DNA of 64,000 nt from Candidatus Eiseniibacteriota bacterium. GTDB lineage: Bacteria; Eisenbacteria; RBG-16-71-46. The notes under the pieces are model-generated. The model saw nothing but the letters and a program-made list of their open reading frames with translations, was not told where the DNA came from and searched no databases. The position numbers were made by a program, and so were the translations under genes. How positions within the stretch are numbered: the first letter of the stretch is position 1; the number at the start of each line of letters is the position of its first letter. Below are positions 37,536 to 48,800 of this stretch, piece after piece. The DNA lies in NCBI GenBank assembly GCA_963717505.1, contig OY970342.1:2240001-2304000 (forward strand). Reading direction: 5' to 3'.

Positions 37536-39005
37536 ATGACCACGCGCCGCATCCTCTTGGTCTTCGTCGCTGCGATCAGTCTGTGGACTTCTCCTTCGCG
37601 GGCTGAGGATCTGGATTCGCTCGCGAACCACGCCCTTGAGTTCGCCGCGCAGCAGCTCGCGGCGACCGTTGCCGACGTCGGCGACCCCAACGACTTCCCG
37701 CGCAGCACGCTCGCCAACGGCAGCTGGCGCCTCGAGGACTCCGGCGACTGGACCAGCGGATTCTTCCCCGGCTGCCTGTGGTTCATGTACGAGCGGACGC
37801 CGGCCAGCGACTGGCTCGAGTGGGCGACCGACTGGACCGCCGAGATGGAAGGGGAGAAGACCGACACCGGATCGCACGACGTCGGCTTCAAGATCTTCTG
37901 CAGCTTCGGCAACGGCCACCGGCTGACCGGGAATCCATCGTATCCGGCGGTCATCCGCCAGGGCGCGACGTCGCTGGCGAGCCGCTTCAATCCCGTGGTC
38001 GGATGCACCCGCTCGTGGAACAACCGGAACTTCCCGGTGATCATCGACAATATGATGAACCTGGAGATCCTGTTCTGGGGCGCGAGCCACGGCGGCAACC
38101 CGGCGTGGTACGACATGGCGGTGAGCCACGCGCTACGCACTCGCCAGGATCACGTGCGCGCGGACGGCAGCACGTACCACATGGTCGACTACAACCCGAC
38201 GACCGGCGCGATCATCGAGCGGGGCACCGTTCAGGGCTATTCCGACGAATCGGCGTGGGCTCGTGGCCAGGCGTGGGCGATCTATGGCTTCACCATGGCG
38301 TACCGCGAGTCGTCCGATCCTCGCTTTCTGGAAACGGCCCAGCAGGTCGCGGACTACTTCATTGATCACTTACCCGCGGATCGCGTGCCCTACTGGGATT
38401 TCCAGGCGCCGAACATCCCGAATGAACCCAAAGACACCTCGGCGGGCGCGATCGCGTGCTCGGGCCTGTTCGAGCTGAGCGGGCTGGTGACGGACCTCGA
38501 AGCGCGTGCGCGCTACAAGACTGCGGCCCGGGAGATTCTCGCCGCGCTGTGCTCGCCCGCCTACCTGGCCGAGGGTTCCAACAGCAGCGGGCTCCTGCTG
38601 CACGGCGTTGGGAATCGGCCATCGGGGACGGAAGTCGACGTGTCGCTGATCTACGGCGACTACTACTTCCTGGAAGCTCTGCTTCGCTACCGGTCGCTGG
38701 TGACCGCCGTGCCGGTCGGCCCCGGAGTCGGGTCCCACCTCGAATTGGCGTTTCCGAATCCCTTCCGGAACTCGACGTCGATCGCGTTCCGGCTGTCTGC
38801 GGCGTCCGACGTCGAGCTCTCGATCTACGACCTGCATGGCGCCGAGATTCGAACCCTGGTTCACGGCCCCCGGAGCGCCGGCGAACACCTCGTGAACTGG
38901 GATGGCGCTCTCGACGACGGAACACCGGCGCCGAGCGGGATCTATTTCTTCCGGCTGAGCGTGGGGGGCGTCCAGGAGTCGCGGAGGGTCACGCGGATCC
39001 GGTGA
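37536..39005 (+). CDS. GH88 unsaturated glucuronyl hydrolase with FlgD-Ig C-terminal domain
   Basis: WTSGFFPG, HDVGF, VIIDNMMNLE, WARGQAW, DTSAGAI, YGDYY; FPNPF..WDG..GIYF. Confidence 0.93.
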   Translation: MTTRRILLVFVAAISLWTSPSRAEDLDSLANHALEFAAQQLAATVADVGDPNDFPRSTLANGSWRLEDSGDWTSGFFPGCLWFMYERTPASDWLEWATDWTAEMEGEKTDTGSHDVGFKIFCSFGNGHRLTGNPSYPAVIRQGATSLASRFNPVVGCTRSWNNRNFPVIIDNMMNLEILFWGASHGGNPAWYDMAVSHALRTRQDHVRADGSTYHMVDYNPTTGAIIERGTVQGYSDESAWARGQAWAIYGFTMAYRESSDPRFLETAQQVADYFIDHLPADRVPYWDFQAPNIPNEPKDTSAGAIACSGLFELSGLVTDLEARARYKTAAREILAALCSPAYLAEGSNSSGLLLHGVGNRPSGTEVDVSLIYGDYYFLEALLRYRSLVTAVPVGPGVGSHLELAFPNPFRNSTSIAFRLSAASDVELSIYDLHGAEIRTLVHGPRSAGEHLVNWDGALDDGTPAPSGIYFFRLSVGGVQESRRVTRIR

Positions 39006-39157
39006 GACCAGGGGCCTGATGGCTTGGACGCTCTTGATCGCCGCCCGACCGCGTGCTACCTGTTGCCGGCTTCGGCCCGGCACCTCAAGGGCCGGACTTC
39101 GCCGCGACCGCCGTAGGACGGTGCGGCCCCGACCGCGCACCCCAATCGGAGGCGGAC

Positions 39158-40375
39158 ATGACGTCGCGCACTCTTCGCTTTGCCCTTCCCGCGTTGCTGG
39201 TCCTTGCACTTCCGTTGGCATTCGCCGGTTGCGGCGGCGGCGCCTCGGGTCCGAGCGAACTCGTGATCGGGGTGTATGGCTCGCTCACGGGCAGCGACGC
39301 CGACTTCGGCCAGTCGACCCGCAAGGGCGTCGAGCTGGCGGTCGACGAGTTGACCTCGACCCGGGGAGGAAAGATCGGCGGTCTGACGGTGCGTTTGGTC
39401 GTCGAAGACGACCAGGGGAAGGCCGAAGAAGCCGCGACGGTCGTGCAGAAGCTGATCAATCAGGATCGCGTGTTCACCGTGCTCGGCGAGGTCGCCTCGG
39501 GCCGGAGTCTCGCTGCCGCGCCGATTTGCCAGAGCGCCGGCGTGCCGATGATCTCGCCGTCGTCTACGAACCCCAAGGTGACTCAGGTCGGCGATTTCAT
39601 CTTTAGAATGTGCTTCATCGATCCCTTCCAGGGGACGGTCATGGCGAAGTTCGCCGCGCAGAATCTGGGCTTGAAGCGCGTGGCGATTCTGAAAGACGTC
39701 GGACAAGAGTACAGCGTCGGCCTGTCCGAGTTCTTCACCCAGGCGTTCACCGGCATGGGTGGGCAGATCGTGATCGATCAGGCCTACAGCGGCCGCGACC
39801 AGGATTTCCGCGCTCAGCTCACCGCGATCAAGGCGCGCAACCCCGAGGCCATCTTCCTGCCCGGCTACTACAACGAGGCCGGACTCATCGCGCGCCAGGC
39901 GCGCGAGCTCGGGATCAAGGCTCCGATCCTGGGCGGGGACGGCTGGGAGAGCGACCAGTTGATCGGCATTGGCGGCGCCGCACTCGAAGGCTGCTACTAC
40001 TCGAATCACTTCGCGGCCGACAATCCGGACTCGATGCTGCAGGCCTTCCTCGCGCGCTACAAGGCCAAGCACAACATGGAGCCGAATGCGATCGGCGGTC
40101 TGGCCTATGACGCGGCCCAGGTGCTGTTCGGCTGCCTCGAGCAGCTGCACGCCGCGGATCCCCAGGCGTTCGCGGCACTCGGCTCGGCCCAGGCCGGCAC
40201 GCCCGCCCGACTGGAGGCGTGCAAGAAACTGCGCGACCTGATCGCGGCGACCCGGAACTACCCGGGCGTCACCGGCAACATCACGCTCGACGAAAACCGC
40301 AACGCTTCGAAGCCGGCGGTGGTGATCGAGATCAAGGGCGGCAAGAAGGTCTACAACACCACGATCGCGCCGTGA
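39158..40375 (+). CDS. livK: Branched-chain amino acid ABC transporter substrate-binding lipoprotein
   Basis: Lipobox FAGC, VEDDQG, STNPKVT, FRMCFIDPFQG, GGDGW. Confidence 0.9.
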   Translation: MTSRTLRFALPALLVLALPLAFAGCGGGASGPSELVIGVYGSLTGSDADFGQSTRKGVELAVDELTSTRGGKIGGLTVRLVVEDDQGKAEEAATVVQKLINQDRVFTVLGEVASGRSLAAAPICQSAGVPMISPSSTNPKVTQVGDFIFRMCFIDPFQGTVMAKFAAQNLGLKRVAILKDVGQEYSVGLSEFFTQAFTGMGGQIVIDQAYSGRDQDFRAQLTAIKARNPEAIFLPGYYNEAGLIARQARELGIKAPILGGDGWESDQLIGIGGAALEGCYYSNHFAADNPDSMLQAFLARYKAKHNMEPNAIGGLAYDAAQVLFGCLEQLHAADPQAFAALGSAQAGTPARLEACKKLRDLIAATRNYPGVTGNITLDENRNASKPAVVIEIKGGKKVYNTTIAP

Positions 40376-40403
40376 TCGCCCGCTCGTCGCGCGGCCGTCC
40401 TGC

Positions 40404-41303
40404 ATGAATGAGTTCCTGCAGCAGCTCATCAACGGCATCACGCAGGGCAGCGTGTACGCCCTGATCGCGCTCGGCTACACGATGGTCTACGGCGTGCTCG
40501 GGCTGATCAACTTCGCCCACGGCGACGTCTACATGCTGGGCGCGTTCTTCGGGTTCTACGCCGCCGGCAAGATCGCGGTGCACGGCTCGGGCGGGCCACT
40601 CGAGGCGCTGTTGGTCCTCCTGATCGCCATGCTCGGCTGCGCGCTGGTCGGGCTGATCATCGAGCGCGCCGCGTACAAGCCGGTGCGCAAGTCCTCGCGG
40701 CTCGCGGCGCTGATCACGGCGATCGGCGTGTCGCTGTTGTTGGAGAACGGCGGGCAGCTCTTGTTCGGCACCGACCCCAAGTTCTTCCCGCAGATCATCG
40801 AGCCTCGGAATATTCCTCTCGGAGGCGTGAACGTAACCAACCAGCAGCTAATCATCTTGGGCGTGTCTATCGGGTTGATGGCCTTGCTGCGATTCATCGT
40901 CATGTACACGAAAGTCGGCAAAGCCATGCGGGCGGTGTCGCACAATCATGCCGCGGCGGCGCTCATGGGCATCTCGGTCGATCGAATTATTAGTCTGACT
41001 TTCGTTATTGGCTCGATGCTGGCCGCTGCGGCCGGAGTTTTGGTGGCGCTGAAAGACCCGAGAATCGAGCCCTACATGGGCATCCTGCCGGGCTTGAAGG
41101 CGTTCGTGGCCGCCGTGCTCGGCGGCATCGGCAACATTCCGGGCGCGGTGCTGGGCGGCATGGTGATGGGGATCGCCGAGGTGCTGGTGGTCGGCTACAT
41201 CTCGCCGACGCTGCGCGACGCGATCGCGTTCGTAATCTTGATTATTATTTTGCTGGTTCGCCCCTCCGGGCTACTCGGCTCCCGAGTCAGCGAGAAGGTC
41301 TGA
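40404..41303 (+). CDS. livH: BCAA ABC transporter permease
   Basis: QQLINGI..YALIALGYTMVYG..INFAHG, KAFVAAVLGGIG. Confidence 0.95.
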   Translation: MNEFLQQLINGITQGSVYALIALGYTMVYGVLGLINFAHGDVYMLGAFFGFYAAGKIAVHGSGGPLEALLVLLIAMLGCALVGLIIERAAYKPVRKSSRLAALITAIGVSLLLENGGQLLFGTDPKFFPQIIEPRNIPLGGVNVTNQQLIILGVSIGLMALLRFIVMYTKVGKAMRAVSHNHAAAALMGISVDRIISLTFVIGSMLAAAAGVLVALKDPRIEPYMGILPGLKAFVAAVLGGIGNIPGAVLGGMVMGIAEVLVVGYISPTLRDAIAFVILIIILLVRPSGLLGSRVSEKV

Positions 41304-41305
41304 GA

Positions 41306-42292
41306 ATGCGCGGCGTGTTTGGCTTGCTCGCGATCGTCGCGGCTCTAGTCGTCGCCCAGCTCGTCGTTCCCAAGTTCGCGAATCCTTACATCGTCTCGGT
41401 CATGATGCTGTGCGGCATCAATGCCGTGCTCGCGGTCTCGCTCAATCTGGTCAACGGTTTCACCGGCCAGTTTTCGATCGGGCATGCCGGCTTCATGGCG
41501 ATCGGCGCCTACGGGGCCGCGATGTTCACGCTGCACATCGGTCAGAAGTGGGCGGCGGTCTTGTCGGGAATGGGCGTGCCGGCCGCGGTCGCGCAGGCAC
41601 CCGCGCTGCTGGTGGCGCTGCTGCTCGGTGGCTCGCTCGCCGCAGTGGCCGGCTACTTGGTCGGGCTCCCCAGCCTGCGGCTGCGCGGCGATTACCTGGC
41701 CATTGTTACTTTGGGATTTGGCGAGATCATCCGGGTACTGATTCTCAATATCGAAGCCGTCGGCGCTGCGCGTGGACTATTTGGAATCCCACAATGGGCG
41801 AACCTGTTCTGGGCGGGCCTCGCGGTGGTTGCGGTAGTCGCGCTGTCTTACCGGTTGGCTGACAGCACGCACGGCCGCGCGCTGTTCGCGATCCGCGACG
41901 ACGAGATCGCCGCCGAAGCCCTGGGCGTCGACACCACGCGCTACAAAGTTCTGGCCTTCACGCTCGGCGCGTTCTTCGCCGGTATCGCGGGCGGTCTCTT
42001 CGCTCATTTCCTTGGATACCTGAACCCGAGCAGCTTCCAATTTCTCAAGAGCATCGAGATCATTGCGATGGTCGTGCTCGGCGGCATGGGCAGCGTGTCG
42101 GGTTCGTTGATCGCCGCAATACTTTTGACCGTGTTGCCGGAATTCCTGAGGCCCGTCAAAGACTATCGCATGGTTATTTACTCGCTGATGCTGATTGTGC
42201 TGATGATCACGCGGCCTCAAGGGCTGATGGGCACCGGCGAGCTGCGCCTGCCGCGCTGGGGCCGGCCGCGCAGTGCCGAGGGGCGCGCATGA
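41306..42292 (+). CDS. livM: BCAA ABC transporter permease
   Basis: GQFSIGHAGF, LRLRGDYLAIVTLGFGEI, VVLGGMGS. Confidence 0.95.
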   Translation: MRGVFGLLAIVAALVVAQLVVPKFANPYIVSVMMLCGINAVLAVSLNLVNGFTGQFSIGHAGFMAIGAYGAAMFTLHIGQKWAAVLSGMGVPAAVAQAPALLVALLLGGSLAAVAGYLVGLPSLRLRGDYLAIVTLGFGEIIRVLILNIEAVGAARGLFGIPQWANLFWAGLAVVAVVALSYRLADSTHGRALFAIRDDEIAAEALGVDTTRYKVLAFTLGAFFAGIAGGLFAHFLGYLNPSSFQFLKSIEIIAMVVLGGMGSVSGSLIAAILLTVLPEFLRPVKDYRMVIYSLMLIVLMITRPQGLMGTGELRLPRWGRPRSAEGRA

Positions 42293-43086
42293 GCGAAGGG
42301 CCGATTCTCAGGCTCGAGCGCGTCACCATGCAGTTCGGCGGGCTCAAGGCTTGCGCGGACCTGGATCTCGAGATTCCGAAGGGCGAGCTGTTCGGGCTGA
42401 TCGGCCCCAACGGCGCCGGCAAGACCACGGTCTTCAACGTGATTACCGGCGTCTATGCGCCGACGGAAGGCCAGGTGAAGTTCGAAGGCCACGCGATCCA
42501 GGGGTTCAAACCCAACGTGATCGCGCGACGTGGGATCACACGAACATTCCAGAATATTCGGCTCTTCAAGAGTCGGACCTGCCGCGACAATGTTTGTATT
42601 GGCGCTCATGGTCACCATAAGGCGGGCCTGGGGTCTGCGGTCTTTAGAACCGGTGGCTTCCGCGCCGACGAGCGCGACATTCAGAAACAGGCCGCCGACT
42701 TGCTGGAGCTGCTCGATCTCTCGGAGTTCGCCGACACCATCGCCGCCGAGCTGCCCTACGGCCAGCAGCGCCGGCTCGAAATCGCGCGGGCCTTGGCCGG
42801 CCGGCCGAGACTGCTCCTGCTCGATGAGCCCGCGGCGGGCTTGAATCCTCAAGAGAGCGACGAGCTGATGCATTTGATCGTCGAGATCCAAAGGCGTTTC
42901 GAGCTGACGATTCTCTTGATCGAGCACGACATGCGCGTGGTCATGGGCATCTGCCGGCGGATCGCGGTGCTCGACTACGGCGCCAAGATCGCCGAAGGCA
43001 CGCCGGGCGAGATTCGCACCAACCCGAAGGTGATCGAGGCTTACCTGGGCGAAGAGATCCAGGCCGACTTGGGTGCGGGGGCGTGA
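42289..43086 (+). CDS. livG: BCAA ABC transporter ATPase
   Basis: GPNGAGKTT, RTFQNIRLF, LPYGQQRRLEIARAL, IEHDM. Confidence 0.95.
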   Translation: MSEGPILRLERVTMQFGGLKACADLDLEIPKGELFGLIGPNGAGKTTVFNVITGVYAPTEGQVKFEGHAIQGFKPNVIARRGITRTFQNIRLFKSRTCRDNVCIGAHGHHKAGLGSAVFRTGGFRADERDIQKQAADLLELLDLSEFADTIAAELPYGQQRRLEIARALAGRPRLLLLDEPAAGLNPQESDELMHLIVEIQRRFELTILLIEHDMRVVMGICRRIAVLDYGAKIAEGTPGEIRTNPKVIEAYLGEEIQADLGAGA

Positions 43087-43826
43087 TGGCGACGGGTGGC
43101 GGCGCGACGAATGGAGCGTCAATCCTGGAAGTCCGCGACCTGGACGTCGCCTACGGCGCGGTCCACGCGCTCAAGCGCGTCAGCCTGACGTGCAGCAAAG
43201 GCGAGATCGTCACTCTGATCGGCGCCAACGGCGCGGGCAAGACCACGCTGCTGCGGACCATCTCGGGGCTGATTCGCTCGCGTTCCGGCAAGATCGTGTT
43301 CGAGGGTCGAGACATCGCGCGGGTTCCGCCGCACGACATCGTCGGTCTCGGCATCTCGCAGTCGCCCGAAGGCCGAATGGTGTTCGCGAATCTCACCGTC
43401 GAAGACAATCTGGAGCTTGGTGCGTACCGGCGGAAAGACAAGAAACAAATTCGCTCTGACTTCGACGGCATGTACGCACTGTTCCCGCGATTGCTCGAGC
43501 GGCGCAAGCAGATGGCCGGGACGTTGTCGGGTGGCGAGCAACAGATGCTGGCGATCGCCCGCGCCATGATGGCCCGGCCTCGGTTGCTCCTGTTGGACGA
43601 GCCTTCTCTTGGGATCGCCCCGATCTTGATGCGCGAGATATTTCAGACAATCAAAGCTATCAACCAACGCGGCATGACCGTGCTCCTGGTCGAACAGAAC
43701 GCGCACATGGCGCTGGCCATCGCGCGCCGCGGATACGTGCTCGAGACCGGGAGCGTGCGGCTCGAGGATTCGGCGGCGAATTTGCTGAAGAACGACGAGG
43801 TGCGGAAGGCGTATTTGGGCGGGTGA
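43083..43826 (+). CDS. livF: BCAA ABC transporter ATPase
   Basis: GANGAGKTT, PEGR, LSGGEQQMLA, DEPSLG. Confidence 0.95.
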   Translation: MMATGGGATNGASILEVRDLDVAYGAVHALKRVSLTCSKGEIVTLIGANGAGKTTLLRTISGLIRSRSGKIVFEGRDIARVPPHDIVGLGISQSPEGRMVFANLTVEDNLELGAYRRKDKKQIRSDFDGMYALFPRLLERRKQMAGTLSGGEQQMLAIARAMMARPRLLLLDEPSLGIAPILMREIFQTIKAINQRGMTVLLVEQNAHMALAIARRGYVLETGSVRLEDSAANLLKNDEVRKAYLGG

Positions 43827-44203
43827 TCCCGACGATGAAGCCCTTGCTCACAGTCACCGCTGCGGTGGAGGTCACCGCGGGCGTGGGGTTGCTGGCCTCG
43901 CCGGCGATGGCTGCGTCGATCCTGCTCGGCGCCACGCTCGATGCCCCCGGGGTGATCGTCGCCCGGGTGGCCGGGGCGGCCTTGGTCGCGCTCGGATTTG
44001 CCTGCGGGCGCGCACGACAGGAGGGACGCAGCCGCGCCACGACCGGCATCGTCACCGCCATGATGTTCTACAACGTGGCTGTGGCCGCGATCCTCACCGT
44101 TGCCCGTTTCGGCGCGGGCCTGGGTGGTTGGGGTCTGTGGCCGGCCGTGATCGCGCACGTCGTCCTGGCCGGGTGGTGTCTCTCTCGCTTACGGCCGGAG
44201 TAG
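43823..44203 (+). CDS. Small 4-TM hypothetical membrane protein
   Basis: Four hydrophobic segments; GTGA overlap with livF. Confidence 0.7.
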   Translation: MIPTMKPLLTVTAAVEVTAGVGLLASPAMAASILLGATLDAPGVIVARVAGAALVALGFACGRARQEGRSRATTGIVTAMMFYNVAVAAILTVARFGAGLGGWGLWPAVIAHVVLAGWCLSRLRPE

Positions 44204-44344
44204 GTTCGGAACCGGCTTCATGGACGCAAGACGGATGCCCGCAGCCAGGGAGGCGGGCAGTAGGTCGGTATTCAGAGTGACCCACTATCGGGAAGCGGCG
44301 GGCGCGGAATTGACCGCGCGATTCCGGTAATATCCGAGCCATCT

Positions 44345-45802
44345 ATGGCCCAGCCCTCCGCACGTTCACTGCCGTCGGTCGACGCGGTTCTCCGCCGTCC
44401 CGAGCTGGCCGCTGCGCTCGTGGCCCTGCCACGCCCCTTGATCGTCGAAGCGATCCGCGCCGAGATTTCGGCGGCCAGGGCCGCCCTGCGGGCCGTCGCG
44501 GGCAACGGGAAGGCTCGCCGGGGCAAGTCCCGTGGATTGGCCACGGAGCCACTGGTGGTGGTGCCGAGCGATTCGGAACTCGCCACCCGCGCCGCCGAGC
44601 GCGCCGGTGCGACCCATCGCCCGCAATTCCGCCGTGTGCTCAACGCCACAGGAATCGTTCTACATACGAACCTGGGCAGATCGCCGCTGTCCGAGGCCGC
44701 CCGGCGAGCAGTCGACCAAGTCGCCCGAGGCTACTCCAACCTGGAATTCGAACTCGAAACCGGCAAACGCGGCGGGCGCGGCGCCGGCGTCGAAAACTGG
44801 CTCTGCCGGCTGACCAGCGCCGAGTCGGCCCTGGTCGTGAACAACGGTGCAGCCGCGATTCTCGTGACTTTGTCCGCGCTGGCCTCAGGCAGACCAGTAA
44901 TAGTCTCGCGCGGCGAGCTGGTCGAGATCGGCGGGTCTTTCCGGGTCCCCGACGTCATGGAAAAGAGCGGCGCGGAGCTCGTGGAGGTCGGCACCACCAA
45001 TCGCACGCACCTGCGTGACTACGAGCGTGCACTCAGCAAGCACAAGAACACGGCCGCAATTCTCAGAGTCCATCGCAGCAATTTCAGGATTCAGGGCTTC
45101 ACCACCCAGCCCGAGATCTCAGATCTGGCCAAGCTCACGAGAAAACACAAGATCCCGCTCATTGAAGATCTCGGCAGCGGGGCGCTCGTGGACCTTTCGG
45201 CCCTCGGCATCGAGCGCGAGCCGACGGTCGGCGAGAGCCTGAAGGCCGGTTGTGACGTGGTCACGTTCTCGGGCGACAAGCTCCTGGGCTCGACCCAGGC
45301 GGGCCTCATTCTCGGCCGCCAGAAGCACGTCGACCGCATCCGCAAGGACCCACTGGTGAGAGCACTCAGGGTCGACAAGCTCACGCTGGCGGCCCTCGAA
45401 GCCACGCTGCCGGCCTACCTCGATCCGGCCCGTGCCGCCCGCGAAATCCCTGCGCTTGCCATGCTCGCGACACCCGTGGCCGAGCTGGAAAAACGCGCCC
45501 ATGCGCTCGCCGAGGCGCTGAAGAAGAACGTCCCGGACCTGCAAGTTCGTGTCGAGCCCGGCTCGGGCGAGGTCGGTGGCGGCGCCCTGCCGTTGCAGAG
45601 GCTTCCAGGCTGGGTGGTCTCGATCACCCATCCCCGCCTCGCGGTCGACTTGATCGAGGCAAAAGCTCGTGCGGCAGAACCGCCCGTAATCGGGTACATT
45701 CGGGACGGCAGATTCCGGCTGGACGTCAGAACCCTGGCCGAGGACGAGGTCCGCGAGGCCGTGCAGGCTCTTGCTCGGACCCTCGGAGGCACAGGTAAAT
45801 GA
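44345..45802 (+). CDS. selA: L-seryl-tRNA(Sec) selenium transferase
   Basis: LPSVD, NATGIVLHTNLGR, VSRGELVEIGGSFR, EVGTTNRTH, FSGDKLLG. Confidence 0.97.
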   Translation: MAQPSARSLPSVDAVLRRPELAAALVALPRPLIVEAIRAEISAARAALRAVAGNGKARRGKSRGLATEPLVVVPSDSELATRAAERAGATHRPQFRRVLNATGIVLHTNLGRSPLSEAARRAVDQVARGYSNLEFELETGKRGGRGAGVENWLCRLTSAESALVVNNGAAAILVTLSALASGRPVIVSRGELVEIGGSFRVPDVMEKSGAELVEVGTTNRTHLRDYERALSKHKNTAAILRVHRSNFRIQGFTTQPEISDLAKLTRKHKIPLIEDLGSGALVDLSALGIEREPTVGESLKAGCDVVTFSGDKLLGSTQAGLILGRQKHVDRIRKDPLVRALRVDKLTLAALEATLPAYLDPARAAREIPALAMLATPVAELEKRAHALAEALKKNVPDLQVRVEPGSGEVGGGALPLQRLPGWVVSITHPRLAVDLIEAKARAAEPPVIGYIRDGRFRLDVRTLAEDEVREAVQALARTLGGTGK

Positions 45803-45860
45803 TTGCGACGTCCCGCCCCCGGGCGATGGATCGCGCGCACCCTACGGGAAGGGAATAAGG

Positions 45861-48800
45861 ATGTTCCTGCAAAAGCTCGAGCTTCAGGGCTTCAAGTCGT
45901 TCGTCGACCGCGTCCACCTCGATTTCGGCGACGGCATTACCGGCGTCATCGGTCCCAACGGCTGCGGCAAGACCAACATCTCCGACGCCATCCGCTGGGT
46001 CATGGGCGAGCAGAGCGCCAAGACTTTGCGTGGCGACTCGATGGAAGACGTCATCTTCAATGGCTGCCCGACCCGCAAGCCGGTCGGCATGGCCGAAGTC
46101 CACCTGACCTTCCGCAACGACCGCGGGATCCTGCCCACCGAGTACTCCGAAGTCACGATCTCGCGCCGCGTGTTCCGCTCCGGCGTCTCCGAGTACTTCC
46201 TGAACAAGACCCCGTGCAGGCTTCGGGACATCCGGGACTTGTTCTATGACACGGGCATGGGAAGCCACGCTTACTCGGTCATCGAGCGCTCGATGGTCGA
46301 TCACGTGCTCTCCGACAATTCCGGCCATCGTCGCTTCCTGTTCGAGGAGGCCTCGGGAATCACCAAGTACAAGGCGCGCAAGAAAGAAGCTCTCAGTAAG
46401 CTCGAAGCCGCCGACGGCGATCTGACGCGCTTGAACGACATCGTTTTTGAAATCGAAAGAGAACTTCGTTCCCTGGCCCGTCAGGTCGGAAAGGCGCGCA
46501 AGTACCAAAGGCTTCGCGATCGCGTTAGAGATTTGGATCTATTGATCACGGCAAGGCAAGTCGTAGGCCTGCGCGAGCGCGAGCGCACTGCGGCGGATCA
46601 GTGGCAGGAAGAGGCGGTGCGGCGCGAGGGTGCGGCGACCGCACTCGATAAGCTGGAAGCCGGGCTCAACGACCAGAAGCTCGCCCTGCTCGAACTGGAG
46701 CGCCAGTTGTCGACGGCGCAAGCGGGGCTGCGCGATCGCGAGGACACACGGGTCAAGGCCGAGCAGCAGACCGTGTTGCTGCGGGAGCGCGCCGACGGCT
46801 TGACCGGGCGCGCCCAGGAAGCCGACGAAGAGTGCGCGCGGATCCAGGCGCGGCTCGCCGACGTGCGTGGCGAGGAGCAAGAGGCGCAATCGCGGCGCGC
46901 CGAGCTGCGCATCGGGCTCGAAGGGGCGCAGCGCGAGGCCGAGGATCGCGAGAAGTCGCTGGCCGAGCTCGACGCCGAGCTCCGCCAACATCGCTCGGCG
47001 GCGGCGGACCACAAGCAGCTGTCGCTCGACCTGTTCTCGACCGAGGCCGAGAAGCGCGCGGCGCGCGAGCGGGTACTCGAGCGCAAGTCGTCGATCGGCG
47101 AGCGGCTCGACGCCTCACGCGAGCGACTCGAGGCCATGGAGGACCGCCTGGCCGAGCTCGAGCGCATCAGCATCGCCGGCGAGGAGCGGCGTGACGATCT
47201 CGAGGTCGAGCTGCAGGAGTCGCGCAGGTTGCTGGCCGAGGCCGAACAGGCGGTCGAGGCGGCGGCCGTCGCGCTGACGGCCCACGACGCCGGCGCTGGC
47301 AAGCTGCGGGAAGAACAGGCAGCAGCCGAGTCGCGGCTCAACACGCTGCTCGAGCTCAAACGCAGCTTCGAAGGGATTTCCGAAGGCGCCAAGGCCTTGC
47401 TGACCGGTACCCCGGTGCACGGCGTGATCGGCGTGCTGGCCGACGTGCTCCAGGTGCCGGCGACTTACATCGATGCGCTCGAAGCGTCGCTCGGCGAAGC
47501 CTCGGCCTTCGTCCTGGTCGAGTCGGCTCTGGCCCGCGACGCGGCACTCGAGCGCCTGCGCGGCATCCCCCAGGGGCGCGCGACTCTCGTCGATTTGTCT
47601 GCAGTCGTTCCCGGCGCTCCGCCGCCGATCCCGGAGGACAAAGAAGTCGTCGGACGGGCATCGGACCTGGTGCGCTGCGACGAACGCCACCGGCCTCTGG
47701 TCGAGCGACTGCTCGGCTCGGTGGTCATGGTCTTGAACCGCGCGACCGCCCAGCGCCTCGCCACGGCGGGCGAAGGCGGACTCCGATTCGTGAGCCTGGA
47801 CGGCGAAGTTTGGGAGCGTGGCCGCGTGCGTGCGGGTTCGGCGGCGTCGCTGCCGGGTCTGCTCCATCGCGAGATGGAGATTCGCGACCTGACCGGCCAG
47901 CTTGCCGAGATGGGCATGGCCATCGATGCCGCCGGCCGCGAACGCCAGGCGCTCGAGGCGCATCGGTCCGAGCGGATCGCCGCGCGGGCCGCGGCCGCGA
48001 GTGAGGTCGACCGCCGTCGGGATACCGCGGAGCAGTTGGACCGCGAACTCGAAGCCGGATCGCGCGAGCAGGGTTGGGCCGCCGCCGAGGCCGAGGCCCG
48101 GATTCGCGAGATCACGACGTTCGTCGCCGAGCAGGAAACGCTCGAACGCCAGCTCCAGGAAGCCGAGGCCGAGCTGGCTCGCTTCCAGACCCAGCTGGAT
48201 CATGCTCGCGCCCAGCTGGTCGATCTCGACACGGTGGTCCGCAACATCGAGACGCGGCGCGACGAAGCCGCAGCCGGCGCACAGTCGGCGCGCGAGCTGT
48301 TGTTGCGCATGGCGCGCGAAGACGCCGAGTGCCAGGCGCGCTGGGCGCGCGCCGAGCAGACCCGCCGCGAGCTGGAAGCGGCACTCGCCGCCCGGACCAC
48401 CGAGGGCACGGAGGCACGGGCCCGGGTGGCCGAGATCGAGGCCGAGATCAGCGGCATCGGCGCCGGGCTCGCCGGTCTGCTCGCCTCGGAGGGCGAGCAG
48501 CGCGAACGCGTGACCGAGCTGCTCGGCCGCTTCCAGACGCTCAAGGCCGGCGTCCAGGCCGGCGAGGACGAGGCGCGCGCCAAGCGATTTGCGCAGACAG
48601 AACTGAACGAGCTGCTGCACTCGCTCGAGCTGGATCGCGTCCAGGTGCGGGCCGAACTGGACCGCACGCTCGAGCGACTGCGGGTCGAGCACGAGCTGAA
48701 TCCGGCCGAATGGCAGCCGGCGGCCGAGCCCGAGGGCTTCGATCCCGAGCAGGCGAACCGCGATCTCGGCGAAGCTCGCGAACGGCTGCGCAGCGTCGGC

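Noticed and set aside
44204-44344. Possible tRNA-Sec upstream of selA
   Set aside because: No cloverleaf or TCA anticodon arm found
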